From: Narcine bancroftii
Lineage: Eukaryota
DNA: 64,000 nt
Reading direction: 5' to 3'
Assembly: GCF_036971445.1 (NCBI RefSeq)
Contig: NC_091474.1
Coordinates: forward strand, 28,892,001-28,956,000
Shown here: positions 11,548 through 22,565 of the stretch, in pieces
How positions within the stretch are numbered: position 1 is the first letter of the stretch
Layout of the letters: each line of letters opens with the position of its first letter
Made by a program: the position numbers and the translations under genes
The notes under the pieces: model-generated
Databases searched by the model: none
Seen by the model: only the letters and a program-made list of their open reading frames with translations
What the model was told of the DNA's origin: nothing

Positions 11548-13094
11548 TTTTCTTTCTTTGGCTTGGCTTCGAGGACGAAGATTTATGGAGGGGTATGTCC
11601 ACGTCTGCTGCAGGCTCGTTGGTGACTGGCAAGTCTGATATGGGACAGGCAGGCACGGTTGCAGCAGTTGCAAGGGAAAATTGGTTGGTTGGAGTTGGGT
11701 TTTTCCTCCTTTGTCTTTTGTCAGTGAGGTGGGCTCTGCGGTCTTCTTCAAAGGAGGTTGCTGCCCGCCGAACTGTGAGGCGCCAAGATGCACAGTTGGA
11801 GGCGATATCAACCCACTGGCAGTGGTCAATGAGACAGGCACCAAGAGATTTCTTTAAGCAGTCCTTGTACCTCTTCTTTGGTGCACCTCTGTCTCAGTGG
11901 CCAGTGGAGAGCTTGCCATAGAACACAATCTTGGGAAGGCGATGGTCCTCCATTCTGGAGACGTGACCCACCCAGCGCAGTTGGGTCTTCAGCAGCATGG
12001 ATTCGATGCTTGCGGACTCTGCCAGCTCGAGTACTTCAATGTTGGTGATGAAGTCACTCCAATGAATGTTGAGGATGGAGCGGAGACAGCGCTGATAGAA
12101 GCGTTCTAGGAGCCGTAGGTGATGCCGGAAGAGGACCCATGATTCGGAGCCGAACAGGAGCGTGGGTATGACAACGTCTCTGTACACGCTGATCTTTGTG
12201 TGTTTCTTCAGGTGGTTGTTTTTCCAGACTCTTTTGTGTAGACTTCCAAAGGCGCTATTTGCCATGGTGAGTCTGTTGTCTATCTCTTTGTCGATCCTTG
12301 CATCAGATGAAATGGTGCAGCCGAGATAGGTAAACTGGTTGACCGTTTTGAGTTCAGTGTGCCTGATGGAGATGTGGGGGGGCTGGTGGTCATGGTGGGG
12401 AGCTGGCTGATGGAGGACCTCAGTTTTCTTCAGGCTGACTTCCAGGCCAAACATTTTGGCAGTTTCCGCAAAACAGGACGTCATGTGCTGGAGAGCTGGC
12501 TCTGAATGGGCAACTAAATCGGCATCGTCTGCAAAGAGTAGTTCACGGACAAGTTGCTCTTGTGTCTGAGCTTGCAGGCGCCTCAGATTGAAGAGACTGC
12601 CATCCGTGCGGTACCGGGTGTAAACACTGTCTTCATTGTTGAGGTCTTTATTGGCTTGTTTCAGCATCATGCTGAAGAAGATAGTAAAGAGGGTTGGTGC
12701 GAGGATGCAGCCTTGCTTCACACCGTTGTCAATGGAGAAGGGTTCGGAGAGCTCATTGCTGTATCTGACCCAACCTTGTTGGTTTTCGTGCAGTTGGATA
12801 ACCATGTTGAGGAACTTGGGGGGCATCCGAGGCGCTCTAGTATTTGCCAAAGCCCTTTCCTGCTCACGGTGTCAAAGGCTTTGGTGAGGTCAACAAAGGT
12901 GATGTAGAGTCCTTTGTTTTGTTCTTGCACTTTTCTTGGAGCTGTCTGAGGGCAAAGGCCATGTCAGTAGTTCCTCTGTTTGCGCGAAAGCCACACTGTG
13001 ATTCTGGGAGGACATTTTCGGCGACACTAGGTATTAGTCTATTAAGGAGAATCCTAGCGAAGATTTTGCCTGCAATGGAGAGCAGCATGATTCC
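11548..13094 (-). mobile_element. 5'-truncated RTE-clade LINE, frameshifted
   Basis: RT peptides GVKQGCILAPTLF, LLFADD and FTYLG; GAAA tail; 7-bp TSD CCTGTCT at 11541-11547 and 13095-13101; inserted in a CR1. Confidence 0.93.
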
Positions 13095-13820
13095 CCTGTC
13101 TAAGAGTCTCTTAAATGCCCTAATGTTCCAGCCTCCACCACTATACCTGGCAAGGCATTCCAGGCCCCTGCAACTCTCTGTGTAAAAAAAAAAAAAACAC
13201 CCCTGATGTCTCCCTAAACTTTCCTCCCTTCACTTTGTAGAGATGTCCTCTGGTGTTTGCTATTCCTGTCTGGGAAAAAGGCACTTGCTATCTATGCCTC
13301 TCATAATCTTGTCGACCTCTGTTAAGTCTCCTTTCATCCTCCTTTGTACAAAGAGAAGAATCCCAGCTCTGTTAACCTTGCCTCATAAGACTTATTTTCC
13401 AATCTAGGCAACATCCTGGTAAATCTCCTCTGCACTCTCTCCATGGCTTTCTCATCCTTCCTATAATGAGGTGACCAGAACTGAACCCAATACCCCAAGT
13501 GTGGTCTCACCAGAGATTTGTAAAGTTGCAACATTCCCTCATGACTCTTGAATTCAATCCCCCTATTAATGAAGCCCAACATCCTATAGGCCTTCTTTTA
13601 ACTATTTATCAACCTGTGTGGCAACCTCGAGAGATGCATGAATTTGGACCCCAAGGTCCCTCTGTTCCTCCACACTGTTAAGTATCTGACCATTAATCCT
13701 GTACTCACAGGCTTCTGGTTTAACCTTCCAAAATGCATCCCCTCACTTTTCTCCCCAACTTTGTATCCTGTCTATATCCTTTTGTAACTTACAACAATGT
13801 TCAGCGCTATCCACAACTCC
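13095..13820 (-). mobile_element. CR1 LINE 3' fragment (continues at about 11410-11547)
   Basis: Peptide MLGFINRGIEFKSHEGMLQLYKSLVRPHLGYWVQFWSPHYRKDEKAMERVQRRFTRMLP. Confidence 0.9.
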
Positions 13821-13825
13821 TCCAG

Positions 13826-14060
13826 GCTGGAGAAACTCAGCAGATCAAACTGTGTACTTTAGATATCAAAGATAAGGATACATTATCAATTTTCAGGCCT
13901 GAGCCCTTCATCAAGGTATGAGCAAACTGTTATATAGCAAAGATAAAGATACATAACCAACATTTCAGGCTTGCGCTGTTCATTAAAGAACACTGTTTGA
14001 CCTGCTGAGCTTTTCCAGCATTGTGTTTTTACTTCAGCCATGGTGTTTGCAAATTTCAGA
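13826..14060. mobile_element. Cluster of Penelope-like pseudo-LTRs (two minus, one plus partial) with hammerhead motifs
   Basis: Minus strand 13920-13880 reads CATACC-TTGATGA-AGGGCTCAGGCCT-GAAAATT-GATAATG; a second, degenerate copy lies at 13929-13985, followed by an inverted partial tail. Confidence 0.7.
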
Positions 14061-14504
14061 GCTTCACTTGAATCTGGTGGGCTTGTGATTTCACCCTCGT
14101 GAATCTTCATCCTGAAGAGAGAGGTTGAAGAAAGTCTGGCCGGGGTGAGATGAGTCTTAAGTCATGTTGGGTGGTTTCTGTGGCAGCGGGAAGTGTAGAC
14201 AGTGTCGATGAAGGACAAGGGGGTTGGTCTGATGGACTGAGGACACAGGTTTACTTTAATTAGTAAAAGGTATGAAGGAGAGTTGAGGACAATGAGATGT
14301 GATCTGTAGGTCTCTGGTCGAGAGCTGGGAGGTCCACTTATGACCAGCATGCACACGATAGGCTAAGGTTCTGTGGCTCCACGTAGAAAATGGGAAGGTG
14401 AAGGTCATATTCCTGGCACTCAGGAATATGGCTAAACCTGAAACAACAGACATCAGGAATTAGGTTTCACAATTGAGTGGAGAAAGGATGACCAAATCAC
14501 AGTA

Positions 14505-16790
14505 CAGAACACAATGCTGGAGAAACTCAGCAGGTCAAACAGTGTCCTTTATCTTTCTTTGGCTTGGCTTCGCGGACGAAGATTTATGGAGGGGGTAAAA
14601 AAGTCCACGTCAGCTGCAGGCTCGTTTGTGGCTGACCAGTCCGATGCGGGACAGGCAGACACGATTGCAGCGGTTGCAAGGGAAAATTGGTTGGTTGGGG
14701 TTGGGTGTTGGGTTTTTCCTCCTTTGCCTTTTGTCAGTGAGGTGGGCTCTGCGGTCTTCTTCAAAGGAGGCTGCTGCCCGCCAAACTGTGAGGAGCCAAG
14801 ATGCACGGTTTGAGGCGTTATCAGCCCACTGGCGGTGGTCAATGTGGCAGGCACCAAGAGATTTCTTTAGGCAGTCCTTGTACCTTTTCTTTGGTGCACC
14901 TCTGTCACGGTGGCCAGTGGAGAGCTCGCCATATAATACGATCTTGGGAAGGCGATGGTCCTCCATTCTGGAGACGTGACCCATCCAGCGCAGCTGGATC
15001 TTCAGCAGCGTGGACTCGATGCTGTCGACCTCTGCCATCTCGAGTACCTCGACGTTAGGGGTGTGAGCGCTCCAATGGATGTTGAGGATGGAGCGGAGAC
15101 AACGCTGGTGGAAGCGTTCTAGGAGCCGTAGGTGGTGCCGGTAGAGGACCCATGATTCGGAGCCGAACAGGAGTGTGGGTATGACAACGGCTCTGTATAC
15201 GCTTATCTTTGTGAGGTTTTTCAGTTGGTTGTTTTTCCAGACTCTTTTGTGTAGTCTTCCAAAGGAGCTATTTGCCTTGGCGAGTCTGTTGTCTATCTCA
15301 TTGTCGATCCTTGCATCTGATGAAATGGTGCAGCCGAGATAGGTAAACTGGTTGACCGTTTTGAGTTTTGTGTGCCCGATGGAGATGTGGGGGGGCTGGT
15401 AGTCATGGTGGGGAGCTGGCTGATGGAGGACCTCAGTTTTCTTCAGGCTGACTTCCAGGCCAAACATTTTGGCAGTTTCCGCAAAGCAGGACGTCAAGCG
15501 CTGAAGAGCTGGCTCTGAATGGGCAACTAAAGCGGCATCATCTGCAAAGAGTAGTTCACGGACAAGTTTCTCTTGTGTCTTGGTGTGAGCTTGCAGGCGC
15601 CTCAGATTGAAGAGACTGCCATCCGTGCGGTACCGGATGTAAACAGCGTCTTCATTGTTGGGGTCTTTCATGGCTTGGTTCAGCATCATGCTGAAGAAGA
15701 TTGAAAAGAGGGTTGGTGCGAGAACACAGCCTTGCTTCACGCCATTGTTAATGGAGAAGGGTTCAGAGAGCTCATTGCTGTATCTGACCCGACCTTGTTG
15801 GTTTTCGTGCAGTTGGATAATCATGTTGAGGAACTTTGGGGGACATCCGATGCGCTCTAGTATTTGCCAAAGCCCTTTCCTGCTCACGGTGTCGAAGGCT
15901 TTGGTGAGGTCAACAAAGGTGATGTAGAGTCCTTTGTTTTGTTCTCTGCACTTTTCTTGGAGCTGTCTGAGGGCAAAGACCATGTCAGTGGTTCCTCTGT
16001 TTGCGCGAAAGCCGCACTGTGATTCTGGGAGAATATTCTCAGCGACACTAGGTATTATTCTATTTAGTAGAATCCTAGCGAAGATTTTGCCTGCAATGGA
16101 GAGCAACGTGATTCCCCTGTAGTTTGAGCAGTCTGATTTCTCGCCTTTGTTTTTGTACAGGGTGATGATGGTGGCATCACGAAGATCCTGACAGTGTCCT
16201 TTATATAGCAAAGATAAAGATACATAACCATTGTTCCGGGCTTGGGCCCTTCATCTAGATATGGAAATATATCAGAAGGAGTCCAAACAAAAAGATAAGG
16301 GGGAAGATGAGGGGGAGAGGAACATGGTCACAAAGGCAGGAGGTATTAGATGGAGAAGGGAGGCAGGGCACAGCAGTAAGCAAGGAGAGAAGGGATGGCT
16401 GGGTGTATAGAGAGGGAAGGGGGTGGAGAGCTGAGGGAAAGAAAACAGAGGGAAAGGAAGGGAGGGTGAAAGGGAAAGCAGGTTAGCAGAAACCAGAGAA
16501 GTCGATGTTAATGCCATCCAGCTGGAGTGTGCCTTCCCTCCCTTATTCACATATTACCTCCTACCTTTGGGACCGTGCTCCTCCCCCTGCCCCTCCCTTC
16601 CTCCCCACCAGTTTGTTCGGACGTCTGCTGACATTTTTCTATATCTTGATAAAGGGATCAAGCCTGAAACATTGTTTATGTATCTTTATCTTTGCTATGT
16701 CAAGTACGCGGTTTGACCTGCTGAGTTTCTCCAGCCTTATGTTTTTACTTCAACCACGGTGTCCGCTGACTTGCGTGTTTTACTGCACTG
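14505..16790 (-). mobile_element. Penelope-like element 3' end with inverted pseudo-LTR (interrupted by RTE)
   Basis: Minus 16527-16483 encodes LQLDGINIDFSGFC*, a PLE GIY-YIG ORF C-terminus motif (L.P.G.N), followed by a pyrimidine-rich UTR and a hammerhead-bearing pLTR (16264 to 14505). An opposite-orientation UTR/pLTR occupies about 16530-16790. Confidence 0.75.
14553..16190 (-). mobile_element. 5'-truncated RTE-clade LINE with uninterrupted RT ORF (about 525 aa)
   Basis: ORF 14610-16211 contains NYRGITLLS, QCGFR, FVDLTKAFDTV, GVKQGCVLAP, FADD and terminal CNRC...H...C; 14-bp TSD ACAGTGTCCTTTAT at 14539-14552 and 16191-16204. Confidence 0.97.
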
Positions 16791-17117
16791 TACAGAGCAA
16801 CAGGAATGAACGAGGCACCGAGTAATGGAGCTCATAGAAATGGTGGAGAAACACAGCAGGTATGGAAAGAAAAGGCAGTTGATGTTTCGGGCCTGCATCC
16901 TTCGTCAGGAGTGTCGAAAATCAGGCAGGAGCTGGGATAGAAAAGTGGGGAGGGGGGAGGTGGATGGGGTGGAGAGGGAAGGTGGAAGAGCACAAGCAAA
17001 CAGCTGAGAGGTTATAGGTCGACATGTAGGAGGCTAGAAGAGAAAGAAAATTATAAGAGATCAGGAGGCACAGTGGTCTCAGAAAAAAATCACCGAGAAT
17101 ATGGTGTGAAACAGAAA

Positions 17118-17272
17118 TGGTGCAGAAACTCAGCTAGTCTTGCAGCGTCTATAGGAGGTAAAGTTAAGTTACCTTGAAGAAGGCCTCAGGCCTGAAACAT
17201 CAGTTATATATCTCCTATGGACGCTGCGAGACCAGCTTGAGTTACTCCAGCATTTACCATGTTTTTACCTAG
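17118..17272. mobile_element. Head-to-head pair of second-subfamily Penelope-like pLTRs with hammerhead motif
   Basis: TACC-TTGAAGA-AGGCC-TCA-GGCCT-GAAACATC at about 17170-17201; flanking arms TCTTGCAGCGTCTATAGGAG and CTCCTATGGACGCTGCGAGA are inverted repeats. Confidence 0.65.
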
Positions 17273-17590
17273 TACATGGTGTTGGATAAAATTAAACTGA
17301 GAAGATAGATCAGCTAGGACAGATGGAGAAGCACTACGGGGAATAGTTTCCCCAAGAACAATAACCATCTGTCGGATGGATGGAGGGTTGTGAGACAGGT
17401 TCACCAGCTCCACTCCCGGAGCGGCAGACATGTTGCAGGAGGGCAGGTGAAGTTGTCAATGTGGACAGAGGGTAGAGGTGATTGCATTGAAACATTGACG
17501 GGTTGTGGCAGGTGGTCTCATGCTAATACTTGCTTGTCCACATTGACAAAGCTAGTCCTATGTCTGTTTTCAACTCGTATCCCTCTAAAC

Positions 17591-19591
17591 CAGGGGTGTC
17601 AAACTCAAATTCACGGAGGGCCAAAATTAAAAACTTGGAGTAAGTCGAGGGCCGAACTAAATATTTATTGAAAATTTTCAACATATGTAATGTTAAACTT
17701 TTTCTTATTAAAATAAATGTTTAATAATAGTTTTGGATAAACTCTTTCCAGAAGCATTAACAAATGAGAAATAAAATATTCAATAAATTATAGAGGATTT
17801 GTTAAATGTTGCTAGTGTGCTGTCGAATAGTAAAATCTGAGGGCTATTGAGAATGTGGGAGAATAACATGATTCCTGAAACAATCAAATGGGTGACTGAT
17901 TGTGGGCATGAACTCTAGCAGGGTTATTTGCCATGCCCTTTTTCCATTAGTACAGATATCCTTTGATTTACACACTTTTCAAGTTTTATGTCTAATGAGC
18001 TTGTATCCAGGTGCAGGACCATTTTTAACCAGGAATATATTTATCACTGTGACATGAAACTATTGGAAGATCGTTTTATCCTGAGATTAAAGTTCATAAT
18101 ACTTACTCAGGCCTGTGTGTGGGAGGGCGGGGTTTGCGGGCGGGCGACAGTGCATCGGCTCTCGCTGCAGGGCGGCATCTCGGCGGATCAGCGGCCCCGT
18201 CACCATGAGTCGCGGGTCGGCCTGCAGCAGGGAGGGGGAGTGGGCAACGGTTCTGGCGAGGTCAGGCCCGAGGCCTCCGGTTCCGGGCGCTGGGAAGCGG
18301 CCTTGGTTTCCCCTGACACCGGCCAGGCCCCAAAACCAGAGTCCACGGTGAGACCCTGCAATGTAAACAGAGGAGGTGGGGGCGATTAGCAGGCTGATGC
18401 CAATGCATTCTGGGATTTGTTGTATTACTGTGCATGCGCTATACTGGCGCGGCGGCCAGCAGGCCACCTCTAATACATTTTTGAAATGATCTTGCGGGGT
18501 GGCCCGCGGGCCAGAGTTTGACATGTGTGCCCTATGCCATCGGAACTCTGTAATTAGTAAGGGATTGCTTAAGGTGGGATGTGAGTGGGAAGGAAAGGGT
18601 GAGAATCACTGCTCTAGACCCAATTGTTACTGAAATATTTTGCTTGAGAAAAATTGTCATTGGCCCATTTCCTTTAGCGTTCTGAAACCGTGCACATGAC
18701 GAGTCAATGAGGGATGATTAAAGCAGTGGTCTTCAAACTTTTTCTTCCCACCCACAGACCACCTTAAGCAATCCCTTACTAATCACAGAGCACCAATGGC
18801 ACAGGGACGCGAGTGGAAAGAAAAAGGTTGAGAACTGCTGTACTGTGGTAACTCCACATCTGATTAGGTTAATTGTTAGGCAAGTGGTCAGAGAAGGACC
18901 ACCCCCCCACCCCAAGAAAGGCTTAAATCACAGGAACAAAATAAGCTTCCGTCTCACTGCTCCCAATCTTACACACAGTCCTGATGTGGAATGTGTGGTC
19001 GCAGCTCCACATTCACCCGAGTTCAGGTGCTGTCTGTGTGGAGTTTGTACGCTCTCCCCTTGTCTTGGACCAACAGGTCGGTCGCCTGACGAAGGCACCT
19101 GAACCCCCCATTGAAACACCGGCATCCGGGGCGGTGGAGGAATTGGCTGAGAAGAGCGCGTTGCTCCCACCCCCCTCCCATGGTTGGAGAGAGATTAAAC
19201 TGCGATCTCACGGTGCCGGCTCGTCTCCAACAAAAGGAGCGGGAGGCAGGGTCCGCCACACACGGAGCGAGGGGGAAGGCATCGCCAATGAGACGTTTGG
19301 TCCGGCGTCACCACTGAAGCGCAGACCCAGCGAGGATGGTCCCCAACTCCAGCCGCGTCTGTGTGTCCGGGAGCCAGGCGGGCTGAGTGCGGCGCTCCGA
19401 TCCCCGGGATTCGGGACTCTGAGATTCCTCCACACCTCCGGCGCCTTCATTTTCACCTTCAGTGTGCATGCGCTATACTGGCGCGGCGGCCAGCGGGCCA
19501 ACTCTAATATATATTTAATATGATCTTGCGGGCCAAATATAATTATATCGCGGGCCGAATTTGGCCCGTGGGCTAGAGTTTGACATGTGTG
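17591..19591. mobile_element. Non-autonomous composite hAT (Charlie-like) DNA transposon
   Basis: Imperfect TIRs CAGGGGTGTCAAACTC and GAGTTTGACATGTGTG; perfect 8-bp TSD CTCTAAAC at 17583-17590 and 19592-19599. Confidence 0.85.
18530..18840. mobile_element. hAT-type palindromic MITE(s) inside the composite element
   Basis: CAGTGGTCTTCAAACT...AGGTTGAGAACTGCTG (18724-18840) and an inverted partial copy at 18530-18611 (TAGTAAGGGATTGCTTAAGGTGG versus CCACCTTAAGCAATCCCTTACTA). Confidence 0.7.
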
Positions 19592-19819
19592 CTCTAAACC
19601 TTTCCTATCCATGCACCTGTCCACATTTTCTAAACGCTACAAACCTCACACAACTATTGAGGACCTTTTCTATCCAGCACACAGTATCTTTGACCCACTG
19701 ATATCAGGAAGGAGGTATAGGAGCATCAAAATCAGGACTGCCAGGCTGGTAAATAGCTTCTTCCCACAGGCTGTGAAATTGACGAATGGTTTCCTGTAAT
19801 CAAGTAAATAATTTTCGCA

Positions 19820-20032
19820 CGGTAGCAGCCAATTCCAGCCATTTAAACCCACTGCCGCCCAATTAACCTACAACCTCCAGTATGTTTTGGAGGTTGGAAG
19901 GAAACCGGAGCATCCGGAGGAAACTCATGCAGACCCAGGGAGAACGTACAAACTCCTTACAGACAGCGCTGGATTTGAATCCGGGTCGCAGTGCAGTAAT
20001 AACGTCGCATTAACTTACGCTAACCGTGCTGC
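19820..20032 (-). mobile_element. tRNA-derived V-SINE (HE1-like)
   Basis: Reverse complement has a B-box-like GGATTCAAATCC followed by the V-domain GGAGTTTGTACGTTCTCCC...GTTTCCTCCGGATGCTCCGGTTTCCT. Partial copies lie at about 3990-4100, 5400-5640 and 19020-19065. Confidence 0.75.
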
Positions 20033-20324
20033 TCTTTGATCTTTCCCTCTCATTGTAAAACTATGCCCTACCCTGGAGTAAAAAAAACAAGGACTATTTA
20101 TCTTATTCGTTCCCTTCATTATTTTATAAACCTCGAGAAAGTCACTTCTCAGCCTTCCTGTTCCAAGGAGAAAAGTCCCAGCCTGTCCGTTCTCTCCTTA
20201 CTGTTCAATCCTAATGCTAGAGCAGAGGATGTTCTGAAGATAAAAAGCAAGTGTAAGGTGATGGGGAACAAGTTCCCCACAGTGTATCTCTATGTTGAGT
20301 GGCTGAAAACATCAGGAAGTGGTC

Positions 20325-20660
20325 AGGTATACAACATTATGATGGGTGTAGACAGTGTAAATGCAAGTAGGTTTTTTCCATTGAGGGTAGGTAAGATACA
20401 AACCAGGTTAAGGGTGAAACAGGAAAAGTTTAGGGGTAACATGAGGGGGAACTTCTTCACACAGAGAGTGGTGGGAGTGTGGAATGAGCTGCCAGCTGAA
20501 GTGTTGAATGCTGGCTCAATTTTAACATATAAGAAAAATGTGAACAGGATGAGAGAGGAATGGAGAAATCTGGACTGGGTGCAGATCAGTGGGACAAGGC
20601 AGAGAAACAGTTTGGCACAGGCTAGAAGGGTGAAAGGGCAGGTTTTTGTGCTGTAATGTT
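20325..20660 (+). mobile_element. CR1 LINE 3' end
   Basis: Peptide VYNIMMGVDSVNASRFFP...RGNFFTQRVVGVWNELPAEV. Confidence 0.8.
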
Positions 20661-21907
20661 TCAGATTCAGATTTGTTGTCAGAGTACGTACATTACATTA
20701 CATCACATACAATCCTGATTCTTTTTCCAGCAGGCAAGGCAGACCACATCTACTGCCCTACCCTCATCAATTTCTTTTGTAACCTCCCCAATTAGACTCA
20801 TGAGGCACAACCTTCCCCTCACAAAGCCATGCTGACAATCCTTGAGTAGATTGTATTTCTCCAAATGCTCATCGATTTAATCCTTAAGAATCCTCTCCAT
20901 TAGTTTGCACACTTCTGACATAAGACTCACCAGTCTATAATTCCCAGGATTCTCATTATCTTTTTTAAACCAGGGGACTACAGTTGTCATTCCTCAAAAA
21001 TCATAGTTACTGCTCCAGCTATCTCATCCTTCACTTCCCATAGTACCCTGGAATATATCACATCCAGCCCCAGGGACTTATCATTCTTGATATTTCTAAG
21101 AAGATCTTCCTTAATCTCCACATTGTCCAGCACACAGGCCTATTCAATTTTGATCTCACCCCGATCAAATCCTTTTCTCTTGTGAATACTGAAGCAAAGT
21201 ATTCATTTAGGACCTCTCCAGTCTACTCCGCCTCCAGGCACATGTTGCCTCCTTTATCCTTTATCATCATCCTTCTGTTCTTCACATACACATAGAACAC
21301 CCTGGAGTTCTTCTTAATCCTACAGGCCAAATCCTTCTCATGCCCTTCAAGCTCTCCTAAATCCTTTCTTAAACTCCTTCCTGGCTGCTATATATTCAAG
21401 AGCCCACCTGCAGTCACGATAAGAAACCTGGTTTATTTCGAATCACCCCCCACTTTCAAAATGAAATTAGTTTGTAATCCATGGCTCTTTTGTTGACCAT
21501 AAATCACTAATATTTCCATGACATTGACAGTTTTGTCCCAATTAGGAGATATGATTCTTTATCACGTAATGTTCCACGAAACACAATCACTGCAAGATGA
21601 GAATGTAATCTGCAGGAGGTTACTGAGAGACAAGCCAGCAGCCTTTAATTTTTCTCCTCTATGTTCTAGATGTCAGCCACAGAGACAGTGGCTTCATTTT
21701 ACACAAAGCTCCCACATGTCTCTAACGAAGGAAGTCAGCCACGATCCAAGTCCAGCAGTTAAAGGGCAGTCAGTCCTGCAGGATATCTGTGCTTGAATTG
21801 GACTGAATCGTTTATTGTCATGTGTACAGGAAGTCAGGGAAACACTGTTATGCACGCTATCCAGGCAAATCAATGCATACGTAAGTACAACAGGTTGTGC
21901 AATAAGG

Positions 21908-22565
21908 TGTTCCAGTGAGTCACAGGGTGCAGGGTGGGGTGTTACAGTGAGTCACAGAGTGCAGGTGGGGCTTTACAGTGAGTCACAGAGTGCAGGTGCG
22001 GTGTTACAGTGAGTCACAGAGAGCAGAGTGCAGTGTTACAGTGAGTCACAGAGAGCAGAGTGCAAGGTGCAGTGTTCCAGTGAGTCACAGGGTGTAGGGT
22101 GGGGTGTTACAGTGAGTCATAGAGTACAGGTGCAGTGTTTACAGTGAGGCATAATAGAGTGTAGAGTGTAGTGATTACAGTGAGTCACAGAGTGCAGGTG
22201 TTACAGTGAGTCACAGAGTGCAGGTGCGGTGTTACAGTGAGTCACAGAGTGCAGGTGCGGTGTTACAGTGAGTCACAGAGTGCAGGTGCGGTGTTACAGT
22301 GAGTCACAGAGTGCAGGTGCAGTGTTTACAGTGAGGCATAATAGAGTGTAGAGTGTAGTGATTACAGTGAGTCACAGAGTGCAGGTGTTACAGTGAGTCA
22401 CAGAGTGCAGGTGCGGTGTTACAGTGAGTCACAGAGTGCAGGTGCGGTGTTACAGTGAGTCACAGAGTGCAGGTGCGGTGTTACAGTGAGTCACAGAGTG
22501 CAGGTGCGGTGTTACAGTGAGTCACAGAGTGCAGGTGCGGTGTTACAGTGAGTCACAGAGTGTAG
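21908..22565. repeat. 31-bp minisatellite (TTACAGTGAGTCACAGAGTGCAGGTGCGGTG) with 187-bp higher-order duplication
   Basis: About 21 units; a diagnostic variant block ACAGTGAGGCATAATAG occurs at 22141 and 22328. Confidence 0.95.

Noticed and set aside
21908-22565. CRISPR-like appearance of the 31-bp and 33-bp (47727-47960) arrays
   Set aside because: Units are head-to-tail without unique spacers, there are no cas genes, and the context is vertebrate.
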